Below the pieces are notes generated by a model, which worked only from the letters and a program-made list of their open reading frames with translations, did no database searches and was not told where the DNA came from. A stretch of 64,000 nt of DNA from Paraspadella gotoi (Eukaryota; Animalia; Chaetognatha): assembly GCA_051294375.1 (NCBI GenBank), contig CM119268.1:16307986-16371985 (forward strand), written 5' to 3'. Positions 16,724-30,953 of the stretch are shown here, piece by piece. Position 1 is the stretch's first letter. Every line of letters begins with the position of its first letter. The position numbers and the translations under genes were made by a program.

Positions 16724-18267
16724 CTGTGAGAAAATGGAAACGCGCGCATAAACATAATGGAAGAACGTTAACTAAATATATTAACGCTCTTTCCAGGTTT
16801 AAAGACGTGACAATTTTTTTTAGAACCTTTCTCTTTCTTTTTATTTCTTTTCTTCGTCGATAATTGTTTAATTATTTTTTGTTAGTTACTACTAGTCGAT
16901 ATTTTGTTATCAAAATTTATACAGTTTGACACCAAATCTAACGGCTAAGTATTTCCTTTCTTCTCTTTTTCATTACCTTTCTTTCTCCTTTCCTTTCTCC
17001 TTTCCTCCTTCGTTTCTTGTCAGTAAACTTTCATTCCTTCCTCCTTTTCTCCCTTTCTTCCTTTTAATCGGTAAACTTTTTTTTCTCCTTTCTACTCTTC
17101 TCATTTCGTCCTTGCTTTCTTTTCTATTTATCTCATTACCTCCTTCCATTCTCCTCAGTTAACTTTTCTCCTTTCCCTGCCTTCCTTTTTCCTTTTTTCG
17201 CTCGCCTTCTTAAAACGCGACCTCTCCTTGTCCAACTCTTTTTTTTTTCACCGCGATCGCAGTTCGCGAGGTCATTATCGTTTATCCGCATCGTTACTCT
17301 TTATAAGGGAGAAACATTACCGGTGCTACTATGCCGTTACAACTTTGATCCTTAAGATCTATATTTTGTTGTGAATGAGGGGATGTCTTTTAGTTTATTT
17401 ACGAAATTTTGAAAATTGTTGTACCTCGTGGAAAAGTACTCTTTTCGAGTTTAAAAAAAAAAAATTAAATATAATTCAATTTTATAAATATTTTAAACAG
17501 ACTGTACCGTGGTAAAGAACGGTTTTTTTACGATGAAACTATGTTTAACGATTTTTTTTCTTTCAAACCCCGCGAAAGGGTTTCTACGGTAAAAACGGTT
17601 TGAGTCTCCTCGTAAAATATTGAGGATCTCGACGAAAAACTATTTATTTTCAACCCGAGTTTCTTCCTCCCGCCGACCGAGAAATCTCTTCCGCCTCCAG
17701 CGGCGAAAAAAATCTTTCACTTTACTCTCAACATCCGGGGAGGCGTGGCTCATCCGGGGTTCCTTCAAAGCTCGCGCGCGAACGGACGCACGCGTCGTGT
17801 CATTTACGCGCACCATGATCGGCAGAGAGTCGCACTAGAATCATATTAGTAGAAGATCCATGATTGTGAGCAAATGAAACTTTTTGGTCTTTCTTATTAT
17901 CTCCGAATACATTTTCCAAAGAATCTGCGTTTGTCCCTGAATCTCTCGCTCCTTTTCACTCTGTTTACTTCCATTTGTCTCTCACTCTCTCTCTCTCATT
18001 ATTTGGCGTCTGCTCCGTGTGTACTTTGCTCTTCCTCTCTCCTTTCCATGTAATTCTTCAATCCGTGGGTTTTTTTTCTTTTCCTTTTTTTTCTACCTTC
18101 TCTACCTTCCTCTTTCTTTTCTCCCCTTTCCTCTTTTTCCTCCTCCCCTTTTCTCTTTTTCTCAACTATCTTTCTTTCTCCATTCGGGTCATTCTTCAAC
18201 GTTTATCCTTCCCTTTTCCCCTCATTCTCTCCTCTTTTCCAAAACAACTCTTCTTCGCCCGGGAGAG

Positions 18268-18310
<43 letters not shown>

Positions 18311-18314
18311 CTCT

Positions 18315-18348
<34 letters not shown>

Positions 18349-18701
18349 GTGCCCTGCATTCTTGTCACTTCTCTCCGCCATCAACTTTTCTCCTTTTCTT
18401 TGCTCTCTGTCCGCTAACTTATCTTTTTTTTTTCTCTTCTTTGACTTTGAATATTAAATTCTAACTTCATTCTCTTTCCTTACTTCACAACCCACCCGAC
18501 CCCCTACCCTACCCACTCTCTGCCTCCACGCCATTCTTCTCCGCCCCCACCTTGTCCTCACTTCATGCAGCGACGCGGCAATTCCAACTCTGGTTCAATT
18601 TGGTGACCTTTTGGATTCAAGTGTCGTGCCAGGGGGCCGAGGGAAGACCACCACCAAAAATAGAAGGGGAACCTTCCTAACTTCTTTTTTTTCGCGTCCG
18701 C

Positions 18702-18792
<91 letters not shown>

Positions 18793-19502
18793 TCCTTCCA
18801 GGGAATTCCGATTTCTATTCCTCTTTTTTTCCTCATTTTTTACCCACTTTTTTTTTTCCTTTCTTTCTTTACCACTGTTTCTCTACGTCTTTCACCGTTA
18901 GATGCTCTTCTTTTTTTTATTTCTCTTCGGAATTTTCTTTGTTGTTCCTTTTTTTGTCTTTATCCTTCTCTGACAATGGCGCTCCCTCTTTTCGCCCTTT
19001 GGATGCTCTTTTGTTTTTATTTTTTAAAGTTAGACGAATGGCAGTCGTTTTCATTGGGATCTTGTCACTCTGAGCTTCTATTTAGCGACTACTAACTGGC
19101 AGTCGGTCCTTATATGAAAAAAGAACCCAAGTTTTTTTTCTCTCTGCTGTTGCAATGAGCCATTTGTGGAATAAAAAGTCCAATAAAACGGAACTCAAAC
19201 CTCGACCCTTCCAAATAAAAGCTTCTAACGACGTTGATCCAGCTAATAAATGACTTAATTCGTTTTAGTCCATTCTTAGGATTTATTTTCTAGTCATTTC
19301 TAACTTTTTAAACGCTTCTAACATTTAAAGTTTGTAGTCCGGTGGAATGAACGGAATTTGAAAAAGAAGTAAATGAAAAAATAATTAAAACAAATCAAAA
19401 TTAACAATAAGGAATTGAAATAACCCACTGATGAGTTCCGTGCTTAATAATAAGACTAAAAACCTTCAGTTTTTTTCTCGTTTCCACTTCCTCGTCCGCC
19501 AT

Positions 19503-20920
19503 CCCTGATCTGTCCACTCACCACCCACCACCACAAACCACTCGCTACCCCTGATCTGTCCACTCACCACCCCACACCACAAACCACTCGCTACCCCTGA
19601 TCTGTCCACATCTACCACCACCACCACAAAACCACTCGCCCCGACTCACCCACCACCATCCATGTACCTGTCTTCTACTCTCCACCCACCACCACAACCA
19701 CTCGCTACCCCTGATCTGTCCACCACCACCCACCCCACAAACCACTCGCTACCCCTGATCTGTCCACTCTCTCACCACCACACCACAAACCACTCGCTAC
19801 CCCTGAACTGTCTAACTCTCCACCCACCACCATCACACCACTCGCTACGCCCTGATCTTCTACTCTCCACCCACCACCACTACAACCACTCGCTACCCTA
19901 TCTGTCTTCCAAAACTGCTACCCATCTGTCCACCCCACCCACCCCCAAAACCACTCGCGTACCCCCCTGTCTGTCCACTCTCCAACCCACCAACAAACCA
20001 CTCGCTACCCCCTGATCTGTCTACTCTCCACCACACCACCACAACACTCGCTACCCCCGCCTGATCTGTCTACTCTCCACCCACCACCACAAACCACTTC
20101 GCCTTACGCCCTCTGATCTGTCTACTCTCCACCCACCACCAAACCACCCAGTCTAGTTATACCCCTGATCTGTCTAACTCTCCACCCACCCACCACAAAC
20201 CACATCGCTACCCCTGATCTGTCTCTCTCCCACCCACCACCACAAACCACTCGCTACCCCTGATCTGTCTCACTCTCCCCCACCACCAACAAACCACTCG
20301 CTACCCCTGATCTGTCACTTCTCCACCCACCACCACACAACCACACTCGCTAACCACCTGATCTGGTCTACTTCCCCCACCACCACAAACACACATCGCT
20401 ACCCTGATCTGTCTACTTCTCACCCACCACCACAAACCACTCGCTACCCCTGATCTGTCTACTCTCCACCCACCACCACAAACCACTCGCTACCCCTGAT
20501 CTGTCTACTCTCCACCCACCACCTCCACAAACACTCGCTACCCCTGATCTGTCTACTCTCCACCCACCACCACAAACACTCGCTACCCACTGATCTGTCT
20601 ACTCTCCACCCACCACCACAAACCACTCGCTACCCCTGATCTGTCTACTCTCCACCCACCACCACAAACCACTCGCTACCCCTGATCTGTCTACTCTCCA
20701 CCCACCACCACAAACCACTCGCTACCCCTGATCTGTCTACTCTCCACCCACCACACAAACCTCACTCGCTACCCTCTGTTGATCTGTCTTCCACGACACC
20801 GTACTACTCTACCTCATGCTCTACCTCACCACTCAACAACCACTCGCTACCCTGATCTGTCTACTCTCCACCCACCACCACAAACCACTCGCTACCCCTG
20901 ATCTGTCCACTCTCCACCAA
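19503..20920. repeat. 46-bp minisatellite (cccctgatctgtctactctccacccaccaccacaaaccactcgcta)n, about 30 copies
   Basis: tgatctgt recurs at 20591, 20637, 20683 (period 46). Many copies carry indels. Confidence 0.95.
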
Positions 20921-21730
20921 CCTCTTTTCTGTTTTCTCCCACCATCGTTACCAGTTTCGAACCAAAGGAAGAGAAGGAAATTCAAAATGGAAGAAAGAGG
21001 AAGGAAAAGACTTTTAAATTTTTATGTAGGAGGTGGAAAAAAAATTCTGTCACTCGGAACAGATCCGAGCAGCTGAACGGAGGTTCTCTTTGATAACATA
21101 TATTATATAGTGGATATATATATTATATAATAAGAAAGAAAGCAGAAACTTTGACGAAATGTTTGATCCTTATTCCAACCCGGTCGTTCTCAAAGTGATT
21201 CATAAATACCAACTTCATCGCAATTCTACCAGATTCACTCCACTCCTGTGAAAATGATTCACTTTTCTCACTTCCGCTGACCTCCACTCACTCCCACTCA
21301 ACTACGCCAAGACTTTTTACCCCTTTAGCTTTTTGTTTACCGAAGATTTTTCTCTCGTTTGTCTGACAAAAACAAATATTTCATTATCCGCATTTTCTTT
21401 TCCGGGTTTCGAACATGAAATGATAAAATCACGTTTACCTAGCAATTAAATCAATTAAATATGTTACCTACATTTCAATTTTTATAGAACATGACTTTTT
21501 AGACCGAAATTGAACTCTATATTCATTGTATTGGAAACAGACATAAACCTGTCCTATATACAACTCCGTATAATTTTCCACCGTCAGGGTTCAAAAACCT
21601 CTCTATCTCTCTCTCTTTCTCTCTCTCTCTCTNNNNNNNNNNNNNNNNNNNNNNNNNNNNNNNNNNNNNNNNNNNNNNNNNNNNNNNNNNNNNNNNNNNN
21701 NNNNNNNNNNNNNNNNNNNNNNNNNNNNNN

Positions 21731-21763
<33 letters not shown>

Positions 21764-21925
21764 CCAAAAGGTTTTTCCTCATTTTTCACCAAATCCTTTC
21801 CATTTCTTCCTGTGATTCTCTCGCCTTCACGACATCACATTCTTTCACAAAGGGTCATTTCCGACAAAACGAAAAGAGAAGAGGGAAAAATCCGACGCGA
21901 TATCCGGTCACACGTGCTCCGCCTC

Positions 21926-21961
<36 letters not shown>

Positions 21962-22376
21962 NNNNNNNNNNNNNNNNNNNNNNNNNNNNNNNNNNNNNNN
22001 NNNNNNNNNNNNNNNNNNNNNNNNNNNNNNNNNNNNNNNNNNNNNNNNNNNNNNNNNNNNNNNNNNNNNNNNNNNNNNNNNNNNNNNNNNNNNNNNNNNN
22101 NNNNNNNNNNNNNNNNNNNNNNNNNNNNNNNNNNNNNNNNNNNNNNNNNNNNNNNNNNNNNNNNNNNNNNNTTTTTTTTGCCCGATCGCATTTGCATGAA
22201 AGGATAATTCGAGTGCTCAATATCGTTCGGCCAATAAATTGATGGTGATTAGAACAACGACGCTGGCGACGATGATAAGAATCGTTACGATCATGATGTT
22301 GATGGTTAAAATGAGTTAAATTAATTTGTAGTATTCTCTCTGTGTCTCTCAATGTTTTTCTTTCTCACTCACTCAC

Positions 22377-22411
<35 letters not shown>

Positions 22412-22482
22412 CACCCATTTTCACAGCTCAGTCCATCCGGTAAATATAGTAAATATAGACACAAAACTTTCTTAGTACTCAC

Positions 22483-22599
22483 CTATACATGTCGTCGTCC
22501 TTCATGAATCCGTATTTCCCCAAGTCCACCGTTTTGTCGTAAGGAAGTCCCCCAAATGACAAGACTTTGTTCCCGGTGGCCAGAACCCAAATCGCTGGC
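22483..22599 (-). CDS. Ig-like protein, exon 3 (PAIWVLATGNKVLSFGGLPYDKTVDLGKYGFMKDDDMYR)
   Basis: tttctcttttaag acceptor, AG|gtgagt donor, phase 2->2. The only frame without a stop. Contains a candidate C-strand Trp. Confidence 0.7.
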   Translation of the reverse strand, partial: ASDLGSGHREQSLVIWGTSLRQNGGLGEIRIHEGRRHV

Positions 22600-22690
22600 C
22601 TTAAAAGAGAAAGGTCAGGCAATTGCAGAGATTTTTGTGGTTGACCTCCTTGTCGTAGGTAATCATTGAAGAATGAAGAAAGAAATAAAA

Positions 22691-22783
<93 letters not shown>

Positions 22784-23194
22784 AAAAAGGAAATACAATA
22801 AAACTAAAGCCTCTCCTTGTCTCACTTCAAATCATCGTCACTGCACATCTCATCGCGAAATACAAATTGAAAGAAAATAAACTTCAAGCGTCAAGAAAGT
22901 TAATTTGATTTCTACTTCAACATCGTCGTCCTCAACGTCGTTGTAGCAATCGTTGTCATTTTCTTTTTATATCGAACTTCGAGTAAAAAAAAAAAATACA
23001 TTAACGGTCCTCCGCAGTTTAAGCCCAGAAACCCATTTTTTTCTCACACGATTTTCCCATTTTCGAATTAATCGAGAGCTCCTACATATTTTTTCTTCCT
23101 ACAAATGGACACACCCCAAAACCCATTGGCACCCAAGAAAAAGAATTCGCCCTTCCAGCTCCGGGTCTTCTCGCCCCCTCTCCCCCCCCCCGAC

Positions 23195-23275
23195 CTGGGA
23201 GTGAAGCAATCGAAATGAATGGTGGCGCCCTCCGGCGCCGCAGCGTACACTGTGTTGTCGACTTCTTCGCTGAGG
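23195..23275 (-). CDS. Ig-like protein, exon 2 (LSEEVDNTVYAAAPEGATIHFDCFTPR)
   Basis: ccccttcactccag acceptor, AG|gtcggg donor, phase 2->2. The V..A.EG.T....C pattern fits the Ig A'/B strands. Confidence 0.65.
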
Positions 23276-24059
23276 CTGGAGTGAAGGGGATGATGCGGGA
23301 GAGGGTTTGATGTAGAAAAGACGGCGTGATGGTGCGGCGNNNNNNNNNNNNNNNNNNNNNNNNNNNNNNNNNNNNNNNNNNNNNNNNNNNNNNNNNNNNN
23401 NNNNNNNNNNNNNNNNNNNNNNNNNNNNNNNNNNNNNNNNNNNNNNNNNNNNNNNNNNNNNNAAAAAAAGGGATGAGAAATCGGGGATCGAGATAATTTT
23501 TGAATTCTACCATTCTCTTGCGTTAAGTTAGTTTAGAATCATCAATCAGGAATCGTCTTAAAAAGTAAGTATAAAAAACTCTCAATGACAGACTATAAAA
23601 AGAAAATATTATCAATTAAACCAATTTTAAACGTTCGTTTGTGAATATCTAAGTCTTAAGTCTGCTTCGCTCTAATAGAGACGCCGAAGAAAAAGAGCGA
23701 AAAGCTTTGAACGACGGAGAAAATATATATACTATGCGAAAATGTCAACGGCCACACTTTTTTACCCGTGGGAGTGGAAAAAGAAAGAAAGAAGAAAAAA
23801 GTCTAGTGAGAGAGAGAGAGAAAGAAAAAAGTATATAATGGCGAATGGAAGGAGGAAAAAAGGGGAAAAATGGGAAGAAATAAGGAAAAAAGGAAAAAAA
23901 ACGCGGTGCAGATTTATTCTTGAGAGAATTCCCTAAAAGGTCCGCGAGATTCCCGGTGCTAAAATCCGAGGATTAACTTTCTTTTAGCAACAAAAGGAGA
24001 GAGACCTATTTCTCTTTTTTTGGGGGGAAGAGGAGGGGAGGGAGTAAGGTGAAAGAGGA

Positions 24060-24060
<1 letters not shown>

Positions 24061-24153
<93 letters not shown>
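24061..24153. repeat. (TAGA)n microsatellite
   Basis: Directly visible. Confidence 0.95.
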
Positions 24154-24156
<3 letters not shown>

Positions 24157-25364
24157 TAGATATATAAAATTTATAGGGAGACAGATAGGCAAATGGAAAG
24201 AAAGATAAAAAGAGAGGCAAACAAAGATAGGGAGAGTGAGACGCGAGACATTTTAATTAAAGGGAAGTGGATAAAATTTGAACCTCGGGAAAATAGAAGT
24301 AGAAACAGATAAAACGTGAGAGACAGAAAGACAAATAAAGGGAACTATAAAAAGATTAAGAAACGAGAGAGGAAAAGNNNNNNNNNNNNNNNNNNNNNNN
24401 NNNNNNNNNNNNNNNNNNNNNNNNNNNNNNNNNNNNNNNNNNNNNNNNNNNNNNNNNNNNNNNNNNNNNNNNNNNNNNNNNNNNNNNNNNNNNNNNNNNN
24501 NNNNNNNNNNNNNNNNNNNNNNNNNNNNNNNNNNNNNNNNNNNNNNNNNNNNNNNNNNNNNNNNNNNNNNNNNNNNNNNNNNNNNNNNNNNNNNNNNNNN
24601 NNNNNNNNNNNNNNNNNNNNNNNNNNNNNNNNNNNNNNNNNNNNNNNNNNNNNNNNNNNNNNNNNNNNNNNNNNNNNNNNNNNNGAGAGAGAGAGAGAGA
24701 GAGAGTAACATAATGTAGGTACAAAATCTCTATTGTCGTCGCAAACTCTCGCCTCAAAAGTAACCATTCTTAATGAGCCTTCACAACTTACGTACTTAGT
24801 TTAATTTTCGTATGTTTGAATTTATTCCTTATTTGATGATTCATTTTCTAATTTATTTCCTCGTTCTAGTTCAATAACTAACTAATTTTCCATTCCACTT
24901 CCCGGGTATATTTCTGATTTCTTTTTTTTTTTCCCTACTTTTTCTTTCAACTTAAACGTTAATTTTACCCTTCATTTTCCATTAATATTCCCATTTTTAA
25001 ACTTATACCCGAGTCCCAGTGCTCTACAGACTCCGCCACAGAAAAATAAGAAAATTTATATGATGGATGAAAAGGGGGAAAAAAAGAGGAGAAAGACGAT
25101 AAATGGGAATTGAACAAAGAGAAATAAAATGGGACACAAAGTAAGAAAGGAAAGTATAAAGGGAAGACAATAAAAAAAGGGGAAATAACGAGAAAAAATA
25201 AAGGAAAAAAAAAAGGAGAATGTAGAAATTATAAGAAAGATAGATTACTAAAAAGATGATAACTAACAGCGAACGAATTGACTTCAGTTAACGATCGTTC
25301 TTTGCCACAGTCACTATTCTCAGCACCGTGCGGGCGCCGCTTTATTCCATTCGCGCCGACTTAC

Positions 25365-25684
25365 CCGCTCACGGCGCCGCCCGTCATCAACGCCGCCGCC
25401 GTCGCCGCGAAGAGTAGGACGACTCCCCGGAAGGAGGTCGCCGACGAGACCGAGACGCGGCGGCGCCGGTCTCGATGAGAAGCAGACGCCGGACGAAGCT
25501 CGTCGATGCCGAGACGAGACGTCATTTCACCGACGGGTGAAATTGTGTCGCCAAGTTGTGAAGTGATGACGACGACGGAAGATGTCGCGTCGATTAATGT
25601 AAGGAATGACGCCGAAACTAGGCGCCGCGCCGGCGTTAGAGATTCCAGGCGACGACAATTTCCGATTCGCCGTCTGGTCGCCAT
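25365..25684 (-). CDS. Ig-like cell-surface/secreted protein, exon 1 (signal peptide ...FRGVVLLFAATAAALMTGGAVSG); start at ATG 25684 or 25525
   Basis: ORF 25361..25684 ends in a hydrophobic signal-like segment at a strong GG|gtaagt phase-2 donor. Confidence 0.65.
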
Positions 25685-25760
25685 GACGACGCGTCTGATC
25701 CCCCAATTCCGAGGAGAAGATAGAGAGGGACTTAATTCTGCGTGGCTACCATCGAGAGAG

Positions 25761-25861
<101 letters not shown>

Positions 25862-27506
25862 TCAACAACAGAGAAAAGAGGACAAAAGCAAAAGAAAGAC
25901 CCTCTCTCTCTCTCTGTGTGAGCCAGAAGATTTTCTCCTTAGCAACGGCGAGAAATTTCCTTAGCGACGACGAAGCGATTTCTTCCCGGCAACGGTTGCC
26001 AAGTAAGAGACGCGTTACCAAGGAAACGACGCGCTACCGAGAAAGAGAAAGGGTCACGACTCGCGGCCAAAAAGACGGAGGGAAATTCGTGCCTTTTGTC
26101 ATCTTCGCCGAGAAGCCAAAACGCTTTTTTGGTTGGCCGTGTGGGGTTAGTCAATGCACGACGAACGCGTCTGATCGCGCCCGATAAGTTTTGATCTGCC
26201 GAGTGTCAGAAGGTATAGCAGAGGGACTTGAGATGTCCTGGGCGCGGAATCCGAGAGTTAGACGGAGAGAGAGGAGAGAGTAGAGATGAGATAGAGAAGG
26301 AGAAGGAGAGTGAGGAAGAGTAGGAGTAGAGGTAATTAGAGAGAGAGAGAAAGGAGAGAGGAGAGAGGAGGAGATGAGAAGAAGAGAGAGAGAGAGAGTA
26401 GGAGAGAGAGTAGACGAGAGAGATGAGAGGTGGCGTCAACAGGATTGCGCGGGCATACAGAGAAAAGTTAGAGGTGATACCAAAGATGGCAAGAGAGAAT
26501 CGAGACGCCCTCTCTCGTACTCTCCTGTGTTGTAGGCACATTGAAGATTTTCTGGCGCCTGTATACATAAAGCATTCGATGAGGCGAGATAATTTCCTGT
26601 GAGGGCTGACGTACGTGAAGACGATTTGCTTAATTCGCGTGCAAAACGGTTGAAACCAGGTGAAAGATAGGATCGTGTTTACCACGCAGTGAGATTAACA
26701 CTTAGTAAAAACTATTCGCACATGAGTCGTAAAATCGTTTACCGGAAAGAGAAAGGATGTCACCTCGTGATCTCGTCGCTAGGCGGCGCCGCACGAAATT
26801 CAGTTATGCGGTAGGGAATCACTATTTACTTGCTGTGCTCTTTGTGTGCATCTTCTTCGTCGCTGAGTAAGCCCAAAACTCGGCTCTTTTTTGGTTGGCC
26901 GTTGGGGGAGTAGCGGGGTAAGCAAACGGGGGTAGTCGTGGGCGGGGGAGTGTATTAAAAAATCATATTCAGGTTGTCGGTTTCGGAATTCAATGAAAGG
27001 TCTGTTATAGTCTACTTAATCTTCGAGGGGGGGAGGGAAGAATGAAATATGTCAGGATAATGTTTGACTCGTAGGCGCTGTTGGGAGTGATGAGGGTAGT
27101 CCGAGGCAGCTCCCGATCTAGTGAATGGTTTTGGTGTGGTGCTGTCGAGGGTGCTGCGTTATGATGCGTCTATCGTAAGGCTCGCCTTGCGTATGTTGTC
27201 CTGTAGATGTAAGAGAGTGTCGTCTGCTATCATTTCGTTTCCGTCTCTATTTTCGGTTCGTTCAAGGATTGCGTTTTCGTTTTTTTCTGTTAAATCTGTA
27301 ATGAGTACGCGTTTTACGGTCGAGCACGAACTTTTCTTTATGGCCATTTATTCGTATCGACCTCGTGAATATGTATACAGATCATCGTAATTAAAAGTTC
27401 GCTCTGGTTCGTAGCCGTCGCGCGTCGTGAGGATTTTGTCGGGAAGTTCGGTCGTTCGTTCGGAGTCTCGTTCTCGTCGGTNNNNNNNNNNNNNNNNNNN
27501 NNNNNN

Positions 27507-27544
<38 letters not shown>

Positions 27545-27951
27545 ATCGAAAGAGTTTTTGTTTTATTCGATATTATTATTTTTTGATTTGTTTCTATTTT
27601 TTTCTTGCAACATCGATTTTTGAAAAGGATTTTTTTTTTTTCGTTTTTATTTTTGTTTTCGTCGTCGCTGTCGTCGTCGTCCTTTTTTTTTCAAATATCG
27701 AGCGACAACGAAATTTTCGATCAAATCCTGAGGATAAAAAAAAAGAAGATTTGAGTTTGCAAGTCGTCGTCGTCATCGTCGTCATCATACTCATTGTTTC
27801 TTTACTTTTGTCATTTCCGTCGCGTTATGAAAGATTGGTATGTAACGAACAATTGTTAACAAAACCTCATTTCACTTATGGTATTTTTTCTCTTTCTTTC
27901 TGTCGATCTGGGCGAAGCTTCATAGTCCATCAAAGTCGTCTTTTGTACACA

Positions 27952-28018
<67 letters not shown>

Positions 28019-28251
28019 GAAATCACACACGTCGTAAACTGGAAGGATAGGGAATGAAATCGGGCGAGTGTGAGATGAGATGAAGAGTAGCTGTTGTTGT
28101 TGTTGTTGTTGTTTTCATTATTTTCCTTTTTTCGAGATCCAGTGCCTTTCAGCCAAAAATGCAACGATTGGTAAGTATGTAAGGACAATTGTATTATTCA
28201 AACAAATTTGTATTTTGGTGTAAGGACAACGCATGCAAAGGTTATTTAATG

Positions 28252-28376
28252 TTTAAATAGAGATTCTTTGTGGGTATTTGTAATTGAGCTGCCTTGAAAA
28301 ATGATTCCGCTATGTGAATTGAAATATTGACAAAAATTAAACGCTCTAGTAATACCCACAAAGACTCTCTTTTAAA
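28252..28376. repeat. Short imperfect inverted repeat (possible MITE remnant)
   Basis: tttaaatagagattctttgtgggtatt ... aatacccacaaagactctcttttaaa. Confidence 0.55.
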
Positions 28377-29275
28377 TTTGTATTTTCTTTTTTGAATTAC
28401 AATATCGTAGTATTTAATTCGTTGCTGGGAAAGGCGACAAGGCTCTTTTTTCCGAGAGAGGCGTCCTCGCCCTTTTTTCCTAGCATGCTTTTTCTTTTTG
28501 GGACGTTTGTTGTGTGGGATTTAAATTATAAACACGATTAAAATCGAAAAGACAAATTTTGAAATTTTACCAAACTTCTACTGTAGATCAATTCAGATTT
28601 GAATGTGGGACTGAGTTTTTTTCGGCTCCACGATCTCTATCCATTTTAGGAGTATTTATTTAATTTTAAAAACATTTTTTGCTATTTCAATGTTAATGTT
28701 ACTTTTGATCAAGGTTGATACGTAATTCGTGGGTAGTTAAATATTCTTTTGTACTTATTATAATCCGACAAGAAGTGACTGTATGTAACTTGCATTCAAG
28801 ATACACCTTTTTTTCGCGCGTTCTTTTTCGGCCAGTCGGACAAAAGGGCAAACGGCCTCGAGGTCGCAACGCCGGATATTTTCAGCATCATCGTCGGAGC
28901 GTGAACTCATCCCCCCCCCGCCACCCCCCCACGCCCACGCGCCACCTTTCGAAGCCACTTTCTTTCTCTCTCTCCTCGCCAGCTCCCCTTTCCCAGGAAT
29001 TCTAGCTGAGCCAGCGAAACCCATCTTCGCATCACCGTGAAACTCGCGTCCGCGTGAGAACCCAAGACGCCATCTCACATTTTCTTACAGATTTCTTTTT
29101 TTTTTTTTCGATGGTTTTTTCTCACTCTTTTGTTTCTCTTGTTCAATATCTTTGTCTTTGATATTTTTAATTCAATTATAATTATTATAATATTTCCTCT
29201 CTTATCTTCCGTCTTCTTTCATTTTCTTCTCTCCATCTTCTTCATCATCTTTCATTTATTTTAAACTGCATCTCT

Positions 29276-29311
<36 letters not shown>

Positions 29312-30896
29312 TCTCCTCTCTCTCTCCCATCTCTCTCTCTCTCTCTATCTCTCTCTCCCTTTTCATTCTCACCCCTCTTTTTTTCCTTTCACTCCCTTTC
29401 TTTCGTCCTTTGTAAAAGTAGAGGGCTTTTTTTTCATAAATATTTATACAGAGATTTTCCCGGGCTAAATCGAGCGCCGAGCTGAGGTCGATGCTTTGAG
29501 CTCCCGCTTTATTTTCCCCTTTTAAACTTTTATAAGTTCAACTTCGACGTTTAAAACATTTTTTTTTTCTGGTGAGACAAAAAATATCATGAATTCGACC
29601 GTGAATGTCGAAAAAAGAGGTTTCAGTAACGGCTTTCTTATCTTTTATTATTTTTCTTTAATTCAAAATTTAAAATAGTTAATGCGTCTCATTAACGTTT
29701 TATTCTCGTCCTCATTTTCGTGTCTTTTGTTTTCGTAGACACCGAGAGTATGATAGTATCGATATATCCATTTTTATTATTAGGCAATTTTGTTTTTAGA
29801 TTTAAATGAGATTATTTATATTTGAAGTTGAGATTTATAAAATGGGCTTAATGGCCGCATTTAATTTTCTTAATCAAACATTTGTGATACATTTAATACT
29901 TTTGAGTGGCAGAGAAAAAGAGAGACTCTCAAAAGACAAATGCAGTGATGCCGCGATAATACGGCACGAGGTGCTATCGTTACGCTTTAGGATGTCATTA
30001 AAAAGTCGAAACTCGTTTTAGTGAAATTTCGTTTATCATGATAGTATGACAAAGAAAAAACCTCATTAATTGGGAAAATTATTTTCTTACAGGAATTTTA
30101 GAGATTTTTCATTATCTCTCAACAATAGTTAATTGCCGATTTCATACATTACAAAAGCGATTCAACTATCGCTTTTAATAGATATCGTGTTTTCTCTAAA
30201 CCACAACAATAACAAACGATTCGCGCGCCAAACACACGCGGTGGAAAAAGGAAAAAAGAAACGTAAATCGGGGACGAGGAAGATTTTCCTCGAAAAAAAT
30301 CGTTAATATCTATCACGACTCTCTCTCTCTCTCTCTCTCTCTCTCAACGTCTCCCTCTTTTGGCGCTCACTCGCGTTGGTAAACAAACAAACGGAAACTG
30401 GAATCCATTTTCTCTTCGGCGCCGAAAAAAAAGAGACCATTTAAGAAATGGTCATCGCGAGACAGAGACGTCGAGATGGAGCGCCCTCTTCAACTCTTTC
30501 TCATACAAGTGATGGTTTTTTGACTTTTCTCCCAATGGCGCTGACATAGAAATTAGAAAGGAAGTTGAACAAAGGGAAAAAAAAAATTAAGCGACGACTG
30601 AGAAATGATTGGTTTTAAAACCGATGGTGACATCAAAGTTAATCGGGATGAAATTACAAACAGCTATCCGAGTTAATGACGACAAATGAGTGAAAAGACG
30701 TCGGGAATGATTACTACGACGGCATGAAAGTCAACGACGACACGAAACGATCAAGACGACGCCGACGACGACGATAAAAGTGACGATGATGACGACGACG
30801 ACGAAGACGACGACATCGAAGGAAAGAACGAAACGACATCAGCGAACGATCATAATGGCGACTGTAGAGTGTCGACGGAGAAAGTTTGAGGTAAAT

Positions 30897-30953
<57 letters not shown>

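Noticed and set aside
17241-17349. Two possible micro-exons linking the Ig exons to the 16.7-kb exon
   Set aside because: Weak splice sites, and neither supplies the D-x-G-x-Y-x-C Ig motif.
19427-19465. CTGATGA possible hammerhead core
   Set aside because: No intact stem II-GAAA or cleavage triplet follows.
19503-20920. CRISPR-like regular repeat array
   Set aside because: Units are head-to-tail with no unique spacers, there are no cas genes, and the context is eukaryotic.
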